Both the position numbers and the translations under genes were made by a program. Below are positions 10,027 through 21,139 of a stretch of DNA of 64,000 nucleotides, in pieces; position 1 is the first letter of the stretch; each line of letters starts with the position of its first letter. The notes beneath the pieces were generated by a model. It did not search any database, had not been told where the DNA came from, and saw only the letters and a program-made list of their open reading frames with translations. Source of the DNA: Gammaproteobacteria bacterium (GTDB lineage: Bacteria; Pseudomonadota; Gammaproteobacteria; JAJFKG01); assembly GCA_965116795.1 (NCBI GenBank), contig OZ220716.1:651362-715361 (forward strand), in the 5' to 3' direction.

Positions 10027-10551
10027 TTAACCCTGATGCTGATTTTTTAAAGTAACATAGTGTTGTGCGCTATATAAAATGCTGGCCTTTTCATCAGCAG
10101 TGAGTGGGCGTATTTGCCGTGCTGGACTACCCATCCACAAGTAACCGCCTTTAATAATTTTCTTGCTAGGGATCAAACTCCCCGCTGCAACAATGGTATC
10201 AGATTCAATCACTGCATCATCCATGATGATGCTACCCATGCCGATTAAACAACGCGATTGCACAGTGCAACCGTGCAAAATAACTCGATGACCGATGGTC
10301 ACATCGTCGCCGATTGTTAACTGTGAACTGGGATGGTACGGGCTACCGATGTGATTCACATGTCCAATACTGTGATCTTGAATGTTTGTTCGATCACCAA
10401 CGGTGATCGTATTTACATCGCCGCGTAATACTGTCATTGGTAAGATAAAACAATCTTGTCCTAAGGTGACATTGCCTAACACTAATGCGGTTTCATCGAT
10501 ATGAGTACCGCGACCGATGTGTGGTGTACTATTGGCAAATGCTCGAATCAT
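10027..10551 (-). CDS. Gamma-class carbonic anhydrase / hexapeptide-repeat family protein (YrdA-like)
   Basis: Left-handed beta-helix hexapeptide pattern (IGDDVTIGHRVILHGCTV). Confidence 0.7.
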   Translation of the reverse strand: MIRAFANSTPHIGRGTHIDETALVLGNVTLGQDCFILPMTVLRGDVNTITVGDRTNIQDHSIGHVNHIGSPYHPSSQLTIGDDVTIGHRVILHGCTVQSRCLIGMGSIIMDDAVIESDTIVAAGSLIPSKKIIKGGYLWMGSPARQIRPLTADEKASILYSAQHYVTLKNQHQG

Positions 10552-10859
10552 GTTGATGCCGTTTTGTAATCATTGGCTAATTGGTACAAGTATTCCCAGG
10601 TAAATAAGCCAGTGTTATGTCCATCATCAAATGCAAATTTGATTGCGTAATTGCCCACAGGCGTTATTTCAATAATATTAATGCATTGTTGATTATTTGC
10701 TGATGCTGAGTCATTAGTACGTTGTTGTTGATTATCTGCTGATGGTGAATTAATTCGTAAATAAGCGCACGGTAATTTAACGTGTAGCCCATTACTAAAG
10801 GTAATCTGCACACAACGTGATTTTTGTAATACTTGAATGTCAGTAGGAATGGGGTGCAT
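10548..10859 (-). CDS. DUF971 family protein
   Basis: IEITPVGNYAIKFAFDDGHNTGLFTWEYL, the DUF971 signature. Confidence 0.6.
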   Translation of the reverse strand: MHPIPTDIQVLQKSRCVQITFSNGLHVKLPCAYLRINSPSADNQQQRTNDSASANNQQCINIIEITPVGNYAIKFAFDDGHNTGLFTWEYLYQLANDYKTAST

Positions 10860-10882
10860 TATTTTATCCTAAATAAACGTTT

Positions 10883-12238
10883 CTAAAGAATATAACGACT
10901 CCAATCTTCATCATCCGCCAACGCTTTTAATGCTTCATTAACGTATTGTTTATCAATATTGACTTGTTCGCCTTCTTTATCCGCAGCGTTAAATGATAGT
11001 TTCTCAAGTAACCGTTCCATCACTGTGTGTAATCTGCGTGCACCGATATTTTCGGTTTTTTCGTTAACGTGTGCAGCAATTTCAGCTAAGCGTTCGATCG
11101 CATCATCAGTAAATGATAACGTCACACCTTCGGTTGCCATCAAGGCAATGTATTGTTTAGTCAACGATGCATCTGGTTCAGTTAAGATCTTAATAAAATC
11201 TTGTTTTTTTAACGCGGCCAATTCAACGCGAATCGGTAAACGGCCCTGTAATTCAGCGACCAGATCAGACGGTTTAGTCATGTGAAATGCGCCAGAAGCA
11301 ATAAACAAAATATGATCTGTTTTTATCATGCCGTATTTAGTTGATACCGTGCAGCCTTCAACCAAAGGTAATAAATCGCGTTGTACGCCTTCACGTGATA
11401 CATCACCGCCACTGACATTATCAGCACGTCGACACACTTTGTCGATTTCATCGATAAACACAATGCCGTTTTGTTCAACATTATGTAACGCATTTAATTT
11501 AACCTCATCATCATTGACTAATTTTGCGGCTTCTTCATCGCGCTTTACCCGCAACGCATCTTTGATGCGCATTTTGCGTTTTTTAGAACGTGATGGCCCC
11601 ATGTTTTGTAATAAATCTTGTAGTTGGTTAGTCATTTCTTCCATGCCTGGCGGTGCCATGATTTCAACACCGACTGAATTAGCTACTTCAATTTCAATTT
11701 CTTTATCATCTAAGTCACCTTCACGTAACTGTTTGCGAAATAATTGACGCGTGCTGTCATCAGTTGTCTTATTATCAGTTGGTGCATTTGCGAAACCTTT
11801 GGGTTGTGGTAATAAGGCATCTAAGATCCGATCTTCTGCGGCCTCTTCAGCAAGGTAATGCACTTTTTTCATCGCTTGTTCACGCCCATGTTTCACCGCC
11901 GCTTCGACCAAATCACGAATAATCGATTCGACTTCGCGTCCAACGTAACCTACTTCAGTGAATTTAGTTGCCTCAACTTTAATAAACGGTGCATTGGCTA
12001 ATTTAGCAAGTCGTCTGGCAATTTCCGTTTTACCCACACCAGTTGGACCAATCATTAGAATGTTTTTCGGCATGATTTCATGGCGCAATGCTTCATCGTC
12101 AATTTGTGTGCGTCGCCAACGGTTACGCAATGCAATAGCAACCGCACGTTTTGCGTCATCTTGTCCGATGATAAAACGATCTAGCTCGTGAACGGTTTCT
12201 TTGGGTGTCATTACTGATGATTCAATAGGAATAGCCAT
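10883..12238 (-). CDS. hslU: ATP-dependent protease ATPase subunit HslU
   Basis: Walker [16 protein letters not shown] and HslU I-domain. Confidence 0.9.
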   Translation of the reverse strand: MAIPIESSVMTPKETVHELDRFIIGQDDAKRAVAIALRNRWRRTQIDDEALRHEIMPKNILMIGPTGVGKTEIARRLAKLANAPFIKVEATKFTEVGYVGREVESIIRDLVEAAVKHGREQAMKKVHYLAEEAAEDRILDALLPQPKGFANAPTDNKTTDDSTRQLFRKQLREGDLDDKEIEIEVANSVGVEIMAPPGMEEMTNQLQDLLQNMGPSRSKKRKMRIKDALRVKRDEEAAKLVNDDEVKLNALHNVEQNGIVFIDEIDKVCRRADNVSGGDVSREGVQRDLLPLVEGCTVSTKYGMIKTDHILFIASGAFHMTKPSDLVAELQGRLPIRVELAALKKQDFIKILTEPDASLTKQYIALMATEGVTLSFTDDAIERLAEIAAHVNEKTENIGARRLHTVMERLLEKLSFNAADKEGEQVNIDKQYVNEALKALADDEDWSRYIL

Positions 12239-12267
12239 GGTATTACTCTCTTGTTGTGTGCGTGTTA

Positions 12268-12801
12268 CTATAATTCTTCAATAACGAAATTATGATTAGT
12301 GTAAATGCAAATATCGCCGGCAATGGTTAAGGCTTTTTCAACGACATTGCGCGCACCTAATTTAGTATTATCCAATAAGGCGCGTGCTGCTGCTCGTGCA
12401 AATTCACCACCGGAGCCAATCGCGATTAAACTGTCTTCTGGTTCGATCACATCACCGTTACCGGTAATCACTAACGATGTGGTTGCATCGGCGACGGCTA
12501 ATAATGCTTCTAAACGACGTAACATCCGATCAGTGCGCCAATCTTTGGCGAGCTCGACCGCAGCGCGGGTTAAATTACCGTGATGTGCTTCTAATTTTCC
12601 TTCAAAGCGTTCAAATAAGGTAAATGCATCGGCAGTACCACCAGCAAATCCGGCAATCACTTGATTATTATATAAACGACGCACTTTACGCGCATTGCCT
12701 TTCATGACGGTATTGCCTTGGGTTACTTGGCCATCACCACCGATCACGACATTGTTGCCACGACGTACCGACAAGATAGTTGTTCCGCGATATTGCTCCA
12801 C
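12268..12801 (-). CDS. hslV: ATP-dependent protease subunit HslV
   Basis: Start resembles the Thr-protease N-terminus (TTILSVRRG). Confidence 0.9.
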   Translation of the reverse strand: MEQYRGTTILSVRRGNNVVIGGDGQVTQGNTVMKGNARKVRRLYNNQVIAGFAGGTADAFTLFERFEGKLEAHHGNLTRAAVELAKDWRTDRMLRRLEALLAVADATTSLVITGNGDVIEPEDSLIAIGSGGEFARAAARALLDNTKLGARNVVEKALTIAGDICIYTNHNFVIEEL

Positions 12802-12872
12802 TTACTGTTCCTCATTTATTAACTACGCGAACCATGCCATATGGGGGTGTTGGCGTAAAGTTCAAGCCGGTC

Positions 12873-13445
12873 CTACCCGACTTTACGTAATAAACTATTG
12901 ATATGCTGTTTAGTTAATTCAGCTTGTGCACGACGTGCAGACTGTGCAGAGGCATAAGGGCCTACCCAAACGCGATACCATTGTTGTTGTGCCTGTTGAT
13001 AATGACGCACATTGACGTCAAAACCAAGCAAGCTTAAACGGGCTTTTAATGCATCAGCATCTGTACGGTTTTTAAATGAAGCAACTTGCAACACATATTG
13101 TGTGCTCGCTGGTGTTGCTTTGTTTGGTGCAGTCGTAACAGGCACAGGCCGTTTGGTTTTGGGTGCTGATTCTGTGACAGGCACTTCTACAGCAGGCAAC
13201 ATTTGATAAAAATCAAACGTTGGCTTTATCCGTGGTGTTGTTTCTGATGTTGTTATAGGTTGTTTGCTGAATACGCCTTGACGTTGCAAATAAATCACTG
13301 TCGTTATTACCACCAAGGCCAATAATCCGAATAGCCACTTCATCCACGGTGCTGTACTGGTTGTTGTCGCTTGTGTCGTGCGAGTTGATGCACGACGTTT
13401 TTTATTTGATGTTTTTGTCGCACGTTTTTTGGTTGTTTTTGCCAT
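12873..13445 (-). CDS. SPOR-domain cell-division protein, FtsN-like
   Basis: Basic N-terminus, a TM segment, a Pro/Thr-rich linker and a C-terminal SPOR domain (YVLQVASFKNRTDADALKARL...WYRVWVGPY). It lies upstream of hslVU as ftsN does in E. coli. Confidence 0.6.
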   Translation of the reverse strand: MAKTTKKRATKTSNKKRRASTRTTQATTTSTAPWMKWLFGLLALVVITTVIYLQRQGVFSKQPITTSETTPRIKPTFDFYQMLPAVEVPVTESAPKTKRPVPVTTAPNKATPASTQYVLQVASFKNRTDADALKARLSLLGFDVNVRHYQQAQQQWYRVWVGPYASAQSARRAQAELTKQHINSLLRKVG

Positions 13446-13455
13446 GATTAATTAC

Positions 13456-15216
13456 CTACATTTTTTCTGGTGCACTAACCCCAATTAATGATAATCCATT
13501 TTGCAGCACAATTTGTACTGCATTAACTAAACACAAACGCGCATCGCGCACAGCATTATCATCTACAATAAACTGCTGTGCATTGTAATACGCATGAAAG
13601 CTGGCGGCTAATTCACGTAAATAATGCGCGATCCCATGTGCTTCTAATGTGCTAGCACCATGAACAATCATCTCAGGATAACGGGCTAACAAGGGTAACA
13701 ATGCTTTTTCAGTTGGATCTGATAACGCCGCTAGATTTGCCAAACCGTTACGCATATCGTGACGGATGCCTTTCTCGGTCAATTGTCGCCAAATGCTGCA
13801 AATCCGCGCATGTGCATACTGAATATAATACACTGGATTATCGTTGGTTTTTGATATTGCCAATGTCAGATCAAAATCCATGTGTTGTTCGTGTTTGCGC
13901 ATCACATAAAAAAATCGTGCAGCATCATTACCGACTTCTTGACGCAATTGACGCAACGTCACGTATTCACCACTGCGCGTTGACATCGATACCTTTTGTT
14001 TATCACGCCATAAAATCGCAAACTGTACGAATGAAACAATAAAGCTGTCATCAACTTGTTTACCCATTGCGGTTAAAAATGCACGTAATCTAGCGACATA
14101 ACCGTGGTGATCTGCACCAAATATGTTGATCACTTTAGTAAAGCCACGGTTATATTTATTCATTTGATAAGCGACATCAGAAGCAAAATACGTGGTCTGA
14201 CCGTTTTCACGCACCAATACCCGATCTTTGTCATCACCAAATGCAGTTGATTTAAACCACAGTGCACCATCACGTTGGTAAGTGTGTCCACCGTCAGTTA
14301 ATTGTTGAATACCCGTTTGAATATCACCGCTGTCGGTTAAACTGCGTTCAGAAAACCATTGATCAAATGTCACACCAAATTCAGCCAAATCATCGTGAAT
14401 GTCTTGTCGTAACGTATCTGCTGCTATGGTTTGCAATTGCCAATAGGCATCACTAAGACTGTTCTTAGCATACGCAATTAATGCATCGATATACTGATCG
14501 TTAGTCTTTTCTGTGTCTGCTGGTAATGTAGCTGTTATCTCAGTTGCTGATCGTTGTAATACAGTGCCAATATCATTAAATAACAACTTGGCAATGGTGT
14601 GAATGTAATCGCCTTGATAGCCTGCACTCGGAAATGGCATGGCTTCATTACACAATTGTAAATAACGACACCATACACTGACTGCCAAGATCGACATTTG
14701 TCGACCCGCATCGTTAACATAATATTCACGATGCACTTGAAAATCAGCAGCAGTTAAGATATTTGCAAGCGTTGCTCCGTAAGCTGCTCCACGCCCATGC
14801 CCAACGTGTAATGGACCAGTAGGATTAGCAGAGACATATTCAATATGTATACGTTGTTGTTTGCCATAATCGCTGTGACCGTATGTATGTTTACGTTCAA
14901 GAATCTCAGTGATTATTTGCAAGTTAGCATTGTCAGCTAAATAAAAATTAATAAAACCCGGTCCAGCAATATCAACCTTAGCAACGTTGGCGATCACAGG
15001 CAGTTGTGCAATGATTTTAGTTGCAATTGTGCGTGGTGGTTGTTTGAGGATCTTAGCTGCTAATAATGCAATGTTAGATGTCCAGTCACCAAATTGACTA
15101 TCACGTGTGCGTGTTAGTTGAACATTGCATTGTGTAGTGACATCACTTGCAAAATCACCGTTGTCATGCAATTCGGTTAACGCGTTGGTGATGTGCTCAG
15201 TTAATTGGGTCTTCAT
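13456..15216 (-). CDS. argS: Arginine--tRNA ligase
   Basis: 586 aa, HIGH motif region (PTGPLHVGHGRGA), KMSTRSG. Confidence 0.9.
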   Translation of the reverse strand: MKTQLTEHITNALTELHDNGDFASDVTTQCNVQLTRTRDSQFGDWTSNIALLAAKILKQPPRTIATKIIAQLPVIANVAKVDIAGPGFINFYLADNANLQIITEILERKHTYGHSDYGKQQRIHIEYVSANPTGPLHVGHGRGAAYGATLANILTAADFQVHREYYVNDAGRQMSILAVSVWCRYLQLCNEAMPFPSAGYQGDYIHTIAKLLFNDIGTVLQRSATEITATLPADTEKTNDQYIDALIAYAKNSLSDAYWQLQTIAADTLRQDIHDDLAEFGVTFDQWFSERSLTDSGDIQTGIQQLTDGGHTYQRDGALWFKSTAFGDDKDRVLVRENGQTTYFASDVAYQMNKYNRGFTKVINIFGADHHGYVARLRAFLTAMGKQVDDSFIVSFVQFAILWRDKQKVSMSTRSGEYVTLRQLRQEVGNDAARFFYVMRKHEQHMDFDLTLAISKTNDNPVYYIQYAHARICSIWRQLTEKGIRHDMRNGLANLAALSDPTEKALLPLLARYPEMIVHGASTLEAHGIAHYLRELAASFHAYYNAQQFIVDDNAVRDARLCLVNAVQIVLQNGLSLIGVSAPEKM

Positions 15217-15376
15217 CGATGTGTTGGTAGTTTGCTATTGAGTTGGCGATATTCAAATCACCAACGATATCAACGGGCTGCTATTGTCCCATCCTGATTA
15301 AATTTGGCAAGAATTTCTTATATTGTTCAATAAGTTATCGTCCTTAACCTAATTTTACCCTGAAAAAGAGTAGATT

Positions 15377-16639
15377 TTGTCCATAATTAAAGGAATGGGT
15401 GTACCTAATATTAATGTGGATTGCACGAAGGAGATTTCCCCGCCTATGCATTTTGATGACTACTTACAGCAAATGGTCGTGCGTGATGCCTCGGATTTAT
15501 ATTTAAGTGGCGGCGCAAAGCCGTCAATGCGAATTCATGGCGTCGTTCAATCAATTATTGAACAACCTATTTCAAGCGAAACCATCGCCCAATTTGCGCG
15601 TGATGTGATGACGCAAACTCAATGGCAGGATTTTGAAGCACGCCCTGAAATGAATTTAGCGGTGACTAGCAGTGATGGTAATCGTTTTCGGGTGAATATC
15701 TTTCGCCAACGCGATGAAGTTGCCATGGTATTACGCCGCATTCAAATCACGATTCCTACTTTTGAAGAATTAGGTTTACCAGATATTTTTTCCGATTTGG
15801 CTATGATGAAACGTGGTTTGATTTTAGTAGTGGGTGCAACCAGTTCAGGTAAGTCGACAACGTTGGCATCGATAATTGACTACCGTAATCAACATTGTGC
15901 TGATCACATCATTACAATTGAAGATCCAATTGAATTTATTTATGAACATAAACGATCAGTAGTCAATCAGCGTGAAGTTGGGATTGATACGATTGATTAT
16001 GCAGATGCCTTGCGCAATACATTACGCCAAGCGCCAGATGTGATTCAAATCGGTGAAATCAGAGCACGTGAAACCATGGAACATGCGATTTCGTATGCAG
16101 AAACCGGCCACTTATGTTTGTCAACATTACATGCTAACAATGCATCGCAAACAATCGATCGGATTATTAACTTTTTCCCGGCAGAAAGGCATGACCAATT
16201 ACTATTAGACTTATCACTTAATTTACGTGCCATTGTCTCGCAACGGTTAGTAAGTTCTAAAGATGGTAAACGTTTGCTGGCGTTAGAATTATTATTAGTT
16301 ACGCCAACTGTCAGCAAAATGATTAAACAAGGTGAGATTGAAAAAATTAAAGAAATCATGCAAAAATCCACAGAAGTAGGCATGAAAACATTCGATATGT
16401 CCCTTGTGGAATTATGTCATGCTGGTAAGATCACCCGCGAAGAAGCATTGCATAATGCAGACTCACAAAACAATGTGCGTTTGAGTTTGTCGTTAGCAGA
16501 AGGTGTCAAAGATAAAAATGAACGTGTTAAATTATCAGTACAAGGTCTTGCGACTACTGATACTGATACTAATACTGATCGCGGTAAATTCTTAGATTGG
16601 ACGGATAATAATGGCGGAGAACAGACAAAGTTCGATTAA
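15377..16639 (+). CDS. Type IV pilus retraction ATPase, PilT/PilU family, with a ~40 aa C-terminal extension
   Basis: Walker A GATSSGKST and the PilT-family core. The C-terminal TDTDTNTD tail is atypical. Confidence 0.8.
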   Translation: MSIIKGMGVPNINVDCTKEISPPMHFDDYLQQMVVRDASDLYLSGGAKPSMRIHGVVQSIIEQPISSETIAQFARDVMTQTQWQDFEARPEMNLAVTSSDGNRFRVNIFRQRDEVAMVLRRIQITIPTFEELGLPDIFSDLAMMKRGLILVVGATSSGKSTTLASIIDYRNQHCADHIITIEDPIEFIYEHKRSVVNQREVGIDTIDYADALRNTLRQAPDVIQIGEIRARETMEHAISYAETGHLCLSTLHANNASQTIDRIINFFPAERHDQLLLDLSLNLRAIVSQRLVSSKDGKRLLALELLLVTPTVSKMIKQGEIEKIKEIMQKSTEVGMKTFDMSLVELCHAGKITREEALHNADSQNNVRLSLSLAEGVKDKNERVKLSVQGLATTDTDTNTDRGKFLDWTDNNGGEQTKFD

Positions 16640-17246
16640 GCTTACCCAATTTAAACACATCGTTTTAGCCAGTGCCAATCCAGGAAAACTCCACGAACTA
16701 CAACAGCAATTAGCACCGCTTGCCATTGAGGTGACAGCACAATCACACTATGGTGTGACTAGTGTTGCTGAAACGGGTACAACTTTTATTGAAAATGCCC
16801 TATTAAAAGCACAGCATGCTGCGCGCGTTACTCAATTACCCGCATTAGCAGATGATTCTGGTTTGCAAGTTGATGTATTACAAGGTGCGCCCGGTATTTA
16901 TTCGGCGCGCTATGCTGGTGAACATGCCAGTGATGCAGATAACATCAATGCATTGTTGCGTGCATTAGCTGATGTACCGGAACAACAGCGTCAAGCTAGT
17001 TACTATTGTTGTTTGGTGTTGTGTCGTCATGCTGCCGATCCAACGCCGATCATTTGCCAAGGTCGTTGGCATGGACGCATTTTGTTTGAACCGCAAGGCA
17101 CACAAGGATTTGGTTATGATCCGATTTTTTTCGTCCCAGACTATCATTGCAGTGCTGCCCAATTAGATCCTGCCAAAAAAAATGTTATCAGCCATCGCGG
17201 TCAAGCGATGCAGCAATTGCAGCAATGTTTACGAGAAATTTGTTGA
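16611..17246 (+). CDS. rdgB: dITP/XTP pyrophosphatase (RdgB/Ham1 family)
   Basis: IVLASANPGKLHE...GFGYDPIF motifs. Overlaps the 3' end of the pilus ATPase gene. Confidence 0.8.
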   Translation: MAENRQSSIKLTQFKHIVLASANPGKLHELQQQLAPLAIEVTAQSHYGVTSVAETGTTFIENALLKAQHAARVTQLPALADDSGLQVDVLQGAPGIYSARYAGEHASDADNINALLRALADVPEQQRQASYYCCLVLCRHAADPTPIICQGRWHGRILFEPQGTQGFGYDPIFFVPDYHCSAAQLDPAKKNVISHRGQAMQQLQQCLREIC

Positions 17247-17280
17247 TAATAATGTAGTAGCCAAGTAACACTAAAAAAAC

Positions 17281-17326
17281 CGTCATCCTTGAGAGCCCGT
17301 GGAACGGGCGAGTCAAGGATCCAGTC
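17281..17326. repeat. MITE-like repeat, family A variant
   Basis: cgtcatccttgagagcccgtggaacgggcgagtcaaggatccag. Confidence 0.6.
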
Positions 17327-17419
17327 TTTAAAATTTTGTAAAATAACAGAAATAAAGTTTAACATTTTTGAACACACATAAAAATAATAGTCTCATTTAC
17401 TAGTTAGATAAGACAAAAG

Positions 17420-17522
17420 ACTAGATTCTGGATCCTTGACTACTCAAGGACAAGCTCGCATCCCTGGATAATCTCCGATTTCCAGGGCAAGGTTTTATAC
17501 ATGCTCTCCAGAATGACAGCCA
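17420..17522. repeat. MITE-like repeat, family A (long copy)
   Basis: Shares ctggatccttgactactcaaggacaagctcgc and ctctccagaatgaca with the 57082 copy. Confidence 0.7.
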
Positions 17523-17577
17523 CCCACTATACTCAATATATTTATGCATGAAACAACGCAACAGGGATTAGGTTAAC

Positions 17578-18939
17578 ATGCACCAACAACGTCAATCGCA
17601 ACATGGATTATGGTCGTCGCACTGGGTATTTGTATTAGCAGCAACCGGTGCGGCGGTTGGATTAGGTAATGTGTGGAAATTCCCGTATATCACCGGTGAA
17701 AATGGCGGTGGTGCGTTTGTGATATTGTATTTGATTTGCATTGTGATCGTTGGCATTCCATTAATGATGGCAGAAGTGTTGTTGGGTCGACGCGGACGGC
17801 AAAACCCAATCGCAGCGGTGCGAACGATTGCATTAGAAAATAACCGTAGTCATTGGTGGAAAATAGCAGGTGCAACCGGTGTAATAGCCGGTTTTTTAAT
17901 TTTATCGTATTACAGTGTGATCGCGGGTTGGGCATTATCCTATGTGTTTCGCGCGATGTTTGGTGACTTTGTTGATGCCAGTGCAACACAAATTACCGAC
18001 ATGTTTAATCAATTCATTGCTAGTCCGTGGCGTTTATTACTATGGCATTCGATCATTGTATTAACCACTGGCATTGTGGTTGCTCGCGGGGTTAAACGTG
18101 GCATTGAAGAAGCGATCTTAGTCATGTTTCCACTCATGTTGTTATTGTTGTTGGTGTTAGTGGGTTATGCAGTGGAAAGTGGTTATTTCATGCAAGGTGT
18201 ACGCTTTTTATTTTCACCTGACTTTTCTAAGTTATCAACAGAAGGGGTGTTAGATGCATTAGGCCATGCCTTTTTTACGTTAAGCTTATCAACCGGTGGC
18301 ATTATGATGTACGGTGCGTATTTACCACAGAATGCATCGGTGATCAAAGCCTCTATTGCGATTGCTGTTGCTGACACCGGGATTGCATTACTTGCTGGGT
18401 TAGCTATTTTTCCAATTGTATTTGCTAATCAATTATCACCTGGTGCTGGTCCTGGTTTAATCTTTCAAACCTTACCGATTGCATTTGCACACATGCCTTA
18501 CGGTAGTTTGTTTGCAACCTTATTTTTTGTGATGTTGGTGTTTGCTGCATTTACATCAACGGTATCATTGTTAGAACCACCCGTCGCTTGGTTTATTGAG
18601 CGTGTAAAAATAAGCAGACAGCAAGCAGCATTATTTGTTAGCATTGGTGTGTGGTTATTAGGTATTATCACCATATTATCATTTAATAAGTGGCAACACA
18701 TACGTGTGTTTGGCAAAGATCCATTTGATTTATTAGATTACATCACTGCCAATATCATGTTGCCATTAGGCGGCTTTTTAGTGGCATTGTTTACTGGTTG
18801 GTTTCTGTGTCGTGAAGATGCACTCGATGAATTGCAATTACCCGATCGCTGGTTGTTTGCTAAATGGCGTTTCACCATTCGTTATTTAACCCCAGTGGCA
18901 ATTTTAGCCGTATTTTTCAAGGTGATTGGGGTTTTTTGA
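17578..18939 (+). CDS. Sodium-dependent transporter, SNF (neurotransmitter:sodium symporter) family
   Basis: GLGNVWKFPY motif and multiple TM segments. Confidence 0.8.
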   Translation: MHQQRQSQHGLWSSHWVFVLAATGAAVGLGNVWKFPYITGENGGGAFVILYLICIVIVGIPLMMAEVLLGRRGRQNPIAAVRTIALENNRSHWWKIAGATGVIAGFLILSYYSVIAGWALSYVFRAMFGDFVDASATQITDMFNQFIASPWRLLLWHSIIVLTTGIVVARGVKRGIEEAILVMFPLMLLLLLVLVGYAVESGYFMQGVRFLFSPDFSKLSTEGVLDALGHAFFTLSLSTGGIMMYGAYLPQNASVIKASIAIAVADTGIALLAGLAIFPIVFANQLSPGAGPGLIFQTLPIAFAHMPYGSLFATLFFVMLVFAAFTSTVSLLEPPVAWFIERVKISRQQAALFVSIGVWLLGIITILSFNKWQHIRVFGKDPFDLLDYITANIMLPLGGFLVALFTGWFLCREDALDELQLPDRWLFAKWRFTIRYLTPVAILAVFFKVIGVF

Positions 18940-19030
18940 TTTACCCTACCCTAAATAACTGCATAATTCCGGTTGATCCTTCATCCAATAATCGTCATGA
19001 TAGATCCTTTGGCTAAAAGACGAGGGGCAT

Positions 19031-21073
19031 ATGACATCCAAAGGCGTGCAACCGACCAAGGCATCGCATCACTATTTTATTTCTCCAAAAACAACACTTC
19101 CTGAAATCACCATTAAAGTCACGTTGATTTCGTTGGTATTAACCATTGTGTTGGCGGCGGCAAATGCGTATTTGGGATTAAAAGTTGGGTTAACCATCAC
19201 CGGTTCAATTCCTGCGGCGATCATCGCAATGGGGTTGTTGCGTTTATTTAAACATTATAATGTTTTAGAAAATAACATTGCACAAACCGCCGCATCTGCC
19301 GGGGATACCTTAGCTGCGGGGATTATTTTTACCTTACCGGCTACATTAATCATCGGTGCGTGGACGGATATTGCCTATTGGCCAACCGTCATGATTGGTT
19401 TATTAGGTGGTGTATTAGGTGTGTTGTTTGCCGTTCCTTTGCGTCGCGTATTACTTGATGATCCAAATTTACATTTCCCAGAAGGTGTTGCTATTGGTGA
19501 AGTGTTAAAACACACTGCTGGTGGCGATACCACCGGTTTAGGCACATTAGTCAAAGGCAGCTTGTTTGGTGCAATCATCAGTGTTGCTCAGATTGGTTTT
19601 AAACTGATTGCTGACGGGTTATCGTATTGGGTAAAAATCGGTAGTAGTTTATGTGGCATTGGTTTAGGGTTTTCACCAGCATTAATTGGTGCGGGTTTTA
19701 TTGTTGGTTTTGGTGTGAGTTTCAGTATCTTAATCGGTGTGATCTTGGGGTGGATCATCGGTGTGCCGATTATTAGTGCGCATCAAGGCGTGCCTGATTT
19801 ATTACATGATAATACGCAAATTGCTTATTACTACTGGATGCATTACATCCGTTATATTGGGATTGGTACGATGATTGTTGGTAGTGCCTCGGCAATTATC
19901 TGTTTATTTAAACCAATGTTTCGCGGCATTCGTGCATCGATAGGTGCAATGAGTCAACACGATGATTCAATTTTACGTACTGAACGTGATATCCCATTTA
20001 ACCAAGTGTTAATTGGCAGTGTTGTCATTACCTTAGCGATTTTTGTGATGATTTACTTATTTGCGCAACATAACATGCCAGAATTTTCGTTGACTCAACA
20101 TATTATTTTTGCTGCCATCAGTGCATTATTAATTTATGGCTTAGGGTTTTTAGTCGCGGCTATTTGCGGTTATTTTGCAGGATTGGTTGGATCATCGATC
20201 AGCCCGATCTCTTGCATGATTTTAATTGCCACTATCAGTGTGAGCTTAGTGTTATTAGTGCTTGCCTCGGTTTGGCATTTACCCAAAACCCAATTAGCCA
20301 GTTTTGCAGTGCTAGCGGTGTTGATCAATGCTGTCATCGCAGCGGTTGCGGCAATCAGTAACGATACCATTCAAGACTTAAAAGCAGGACAAATTATTGG
20401 AGCAACCCCGTGGAAACAACAAGTAATGTTGTTTTTTGGGGTGGCAGTCGCTGCATTTGTGTTACCGTTTATCATTAAATTGTTATATCACGCTTACGGC
20501 ATTGCCGGCGTGTTTCCGCGCCCGGACATGGATCCCAGTCAAATGTTATTGGCACCACAAGCAACGTTGATCGCAACCGTAACCAAAGGGGTGTTTACCT
20601 TGTCATTGCCGTGGACCTTGTTAGGGATTGGGATGGCGATTGGGTTACTGGTTATTGTGTTAGATAAGTGGTTAAAACCACGTGGATTGCATTTGCATAT
20701 ATTAGGTGTCGGTACCGGTATTTACTTGCCATTTAGTGCGACGGTGCCGTTAATCATCGGTGGGTTTACCGCTGGTTTTGTCGGTTATGTGTATCGCAAA
20801 CGTAAAGCAGCATTGGCATTGGCTGATGACAGTGACCATACCGTCAAACAAACGGGTTTATTAGCCGGTTGTGGATTAGTGGCCGGGGCGTCGATTTCTG
20901 GGGTATTACTTGCCATTCCCTTTGCTATGTTCGGGTCATCTGATGTGTTACGATTGGTCGGTCCAGGCTTTGGGCCGTATGCCAGTGTATTAAGTGTGCT
21001 TACCACAATTGCATTAGTCTATTGGATTTACCGCGTCACGTTATCGTCGGTTTTCAATAAAAAACCATATTAA
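19031..21073 (+). CDS. OPT-family oligopeptide transporter
   Basis: 680 aa polytopic membrane protein with OPT-family conserved stretches. Confidence 0.75.
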   Translation: MTSKGVQPTKASHHYFISPKTTLPEITIKVTLISLVLTIVLAAANAYLGLKVGLTITGSIPAAIIAMGLLRLFKHYNVLENNIAQTAASAGDTLAAGIIFTLPATLIIGAWTDIAYWPTVMIGLLGGVLGVLFAVPLRRVLLDDPNLHFPEGVAIGEVLKHTAGGDTTGLGTLVKGSLFGAIISVAQIGFKLIADGLSYWVKIGSSLCGIGLGFSPALIGAGFIVGFGVSFSILIGVILGWIIGVPIISAHQGVPDLLHDNTQIAYYYWMHYIRYIGIGTMIVGSASAIICLFKPMFRGIRASIGAMSQHDDSILRTERDIPFNQVLIGSVVITLAIFVMIYLFAQHNMPEFSLTQHIIFAAISALLIYGLGFLVAAICGYFAGLVGSSISPISCMILIATISVSLVLLVLASVWHLPKTQLASFAVLAVLINAVIAAVAAISNDTIQDLKAGQIIGATPWKQQVMLFFGVAVAAFVLPFIIKLLYHAYGIAGVFPRPDMDPSQMLLAPQATLIATVTKGVFTLSLPWTLLGIGMAIGLLVIVLDKWLKPRGLHLHILGVGTGIYLPFSATVPLIIGGFTAGFVGYVYRKRKAALALADDSDHTVKQTGLLAGCGLVAGASISGVLLAIPFAMFGSSDVLRLVGPGFGPYASVLSVLTTIALVYWIYRVTLSSVFNKKPY

Positions 21074-21139
21074 GAAAACGTTAATAAAACTGGGCGTAGC
21101 ATGGCAATGACGATTGGGCAGACCAACGAGGAGTCAATA

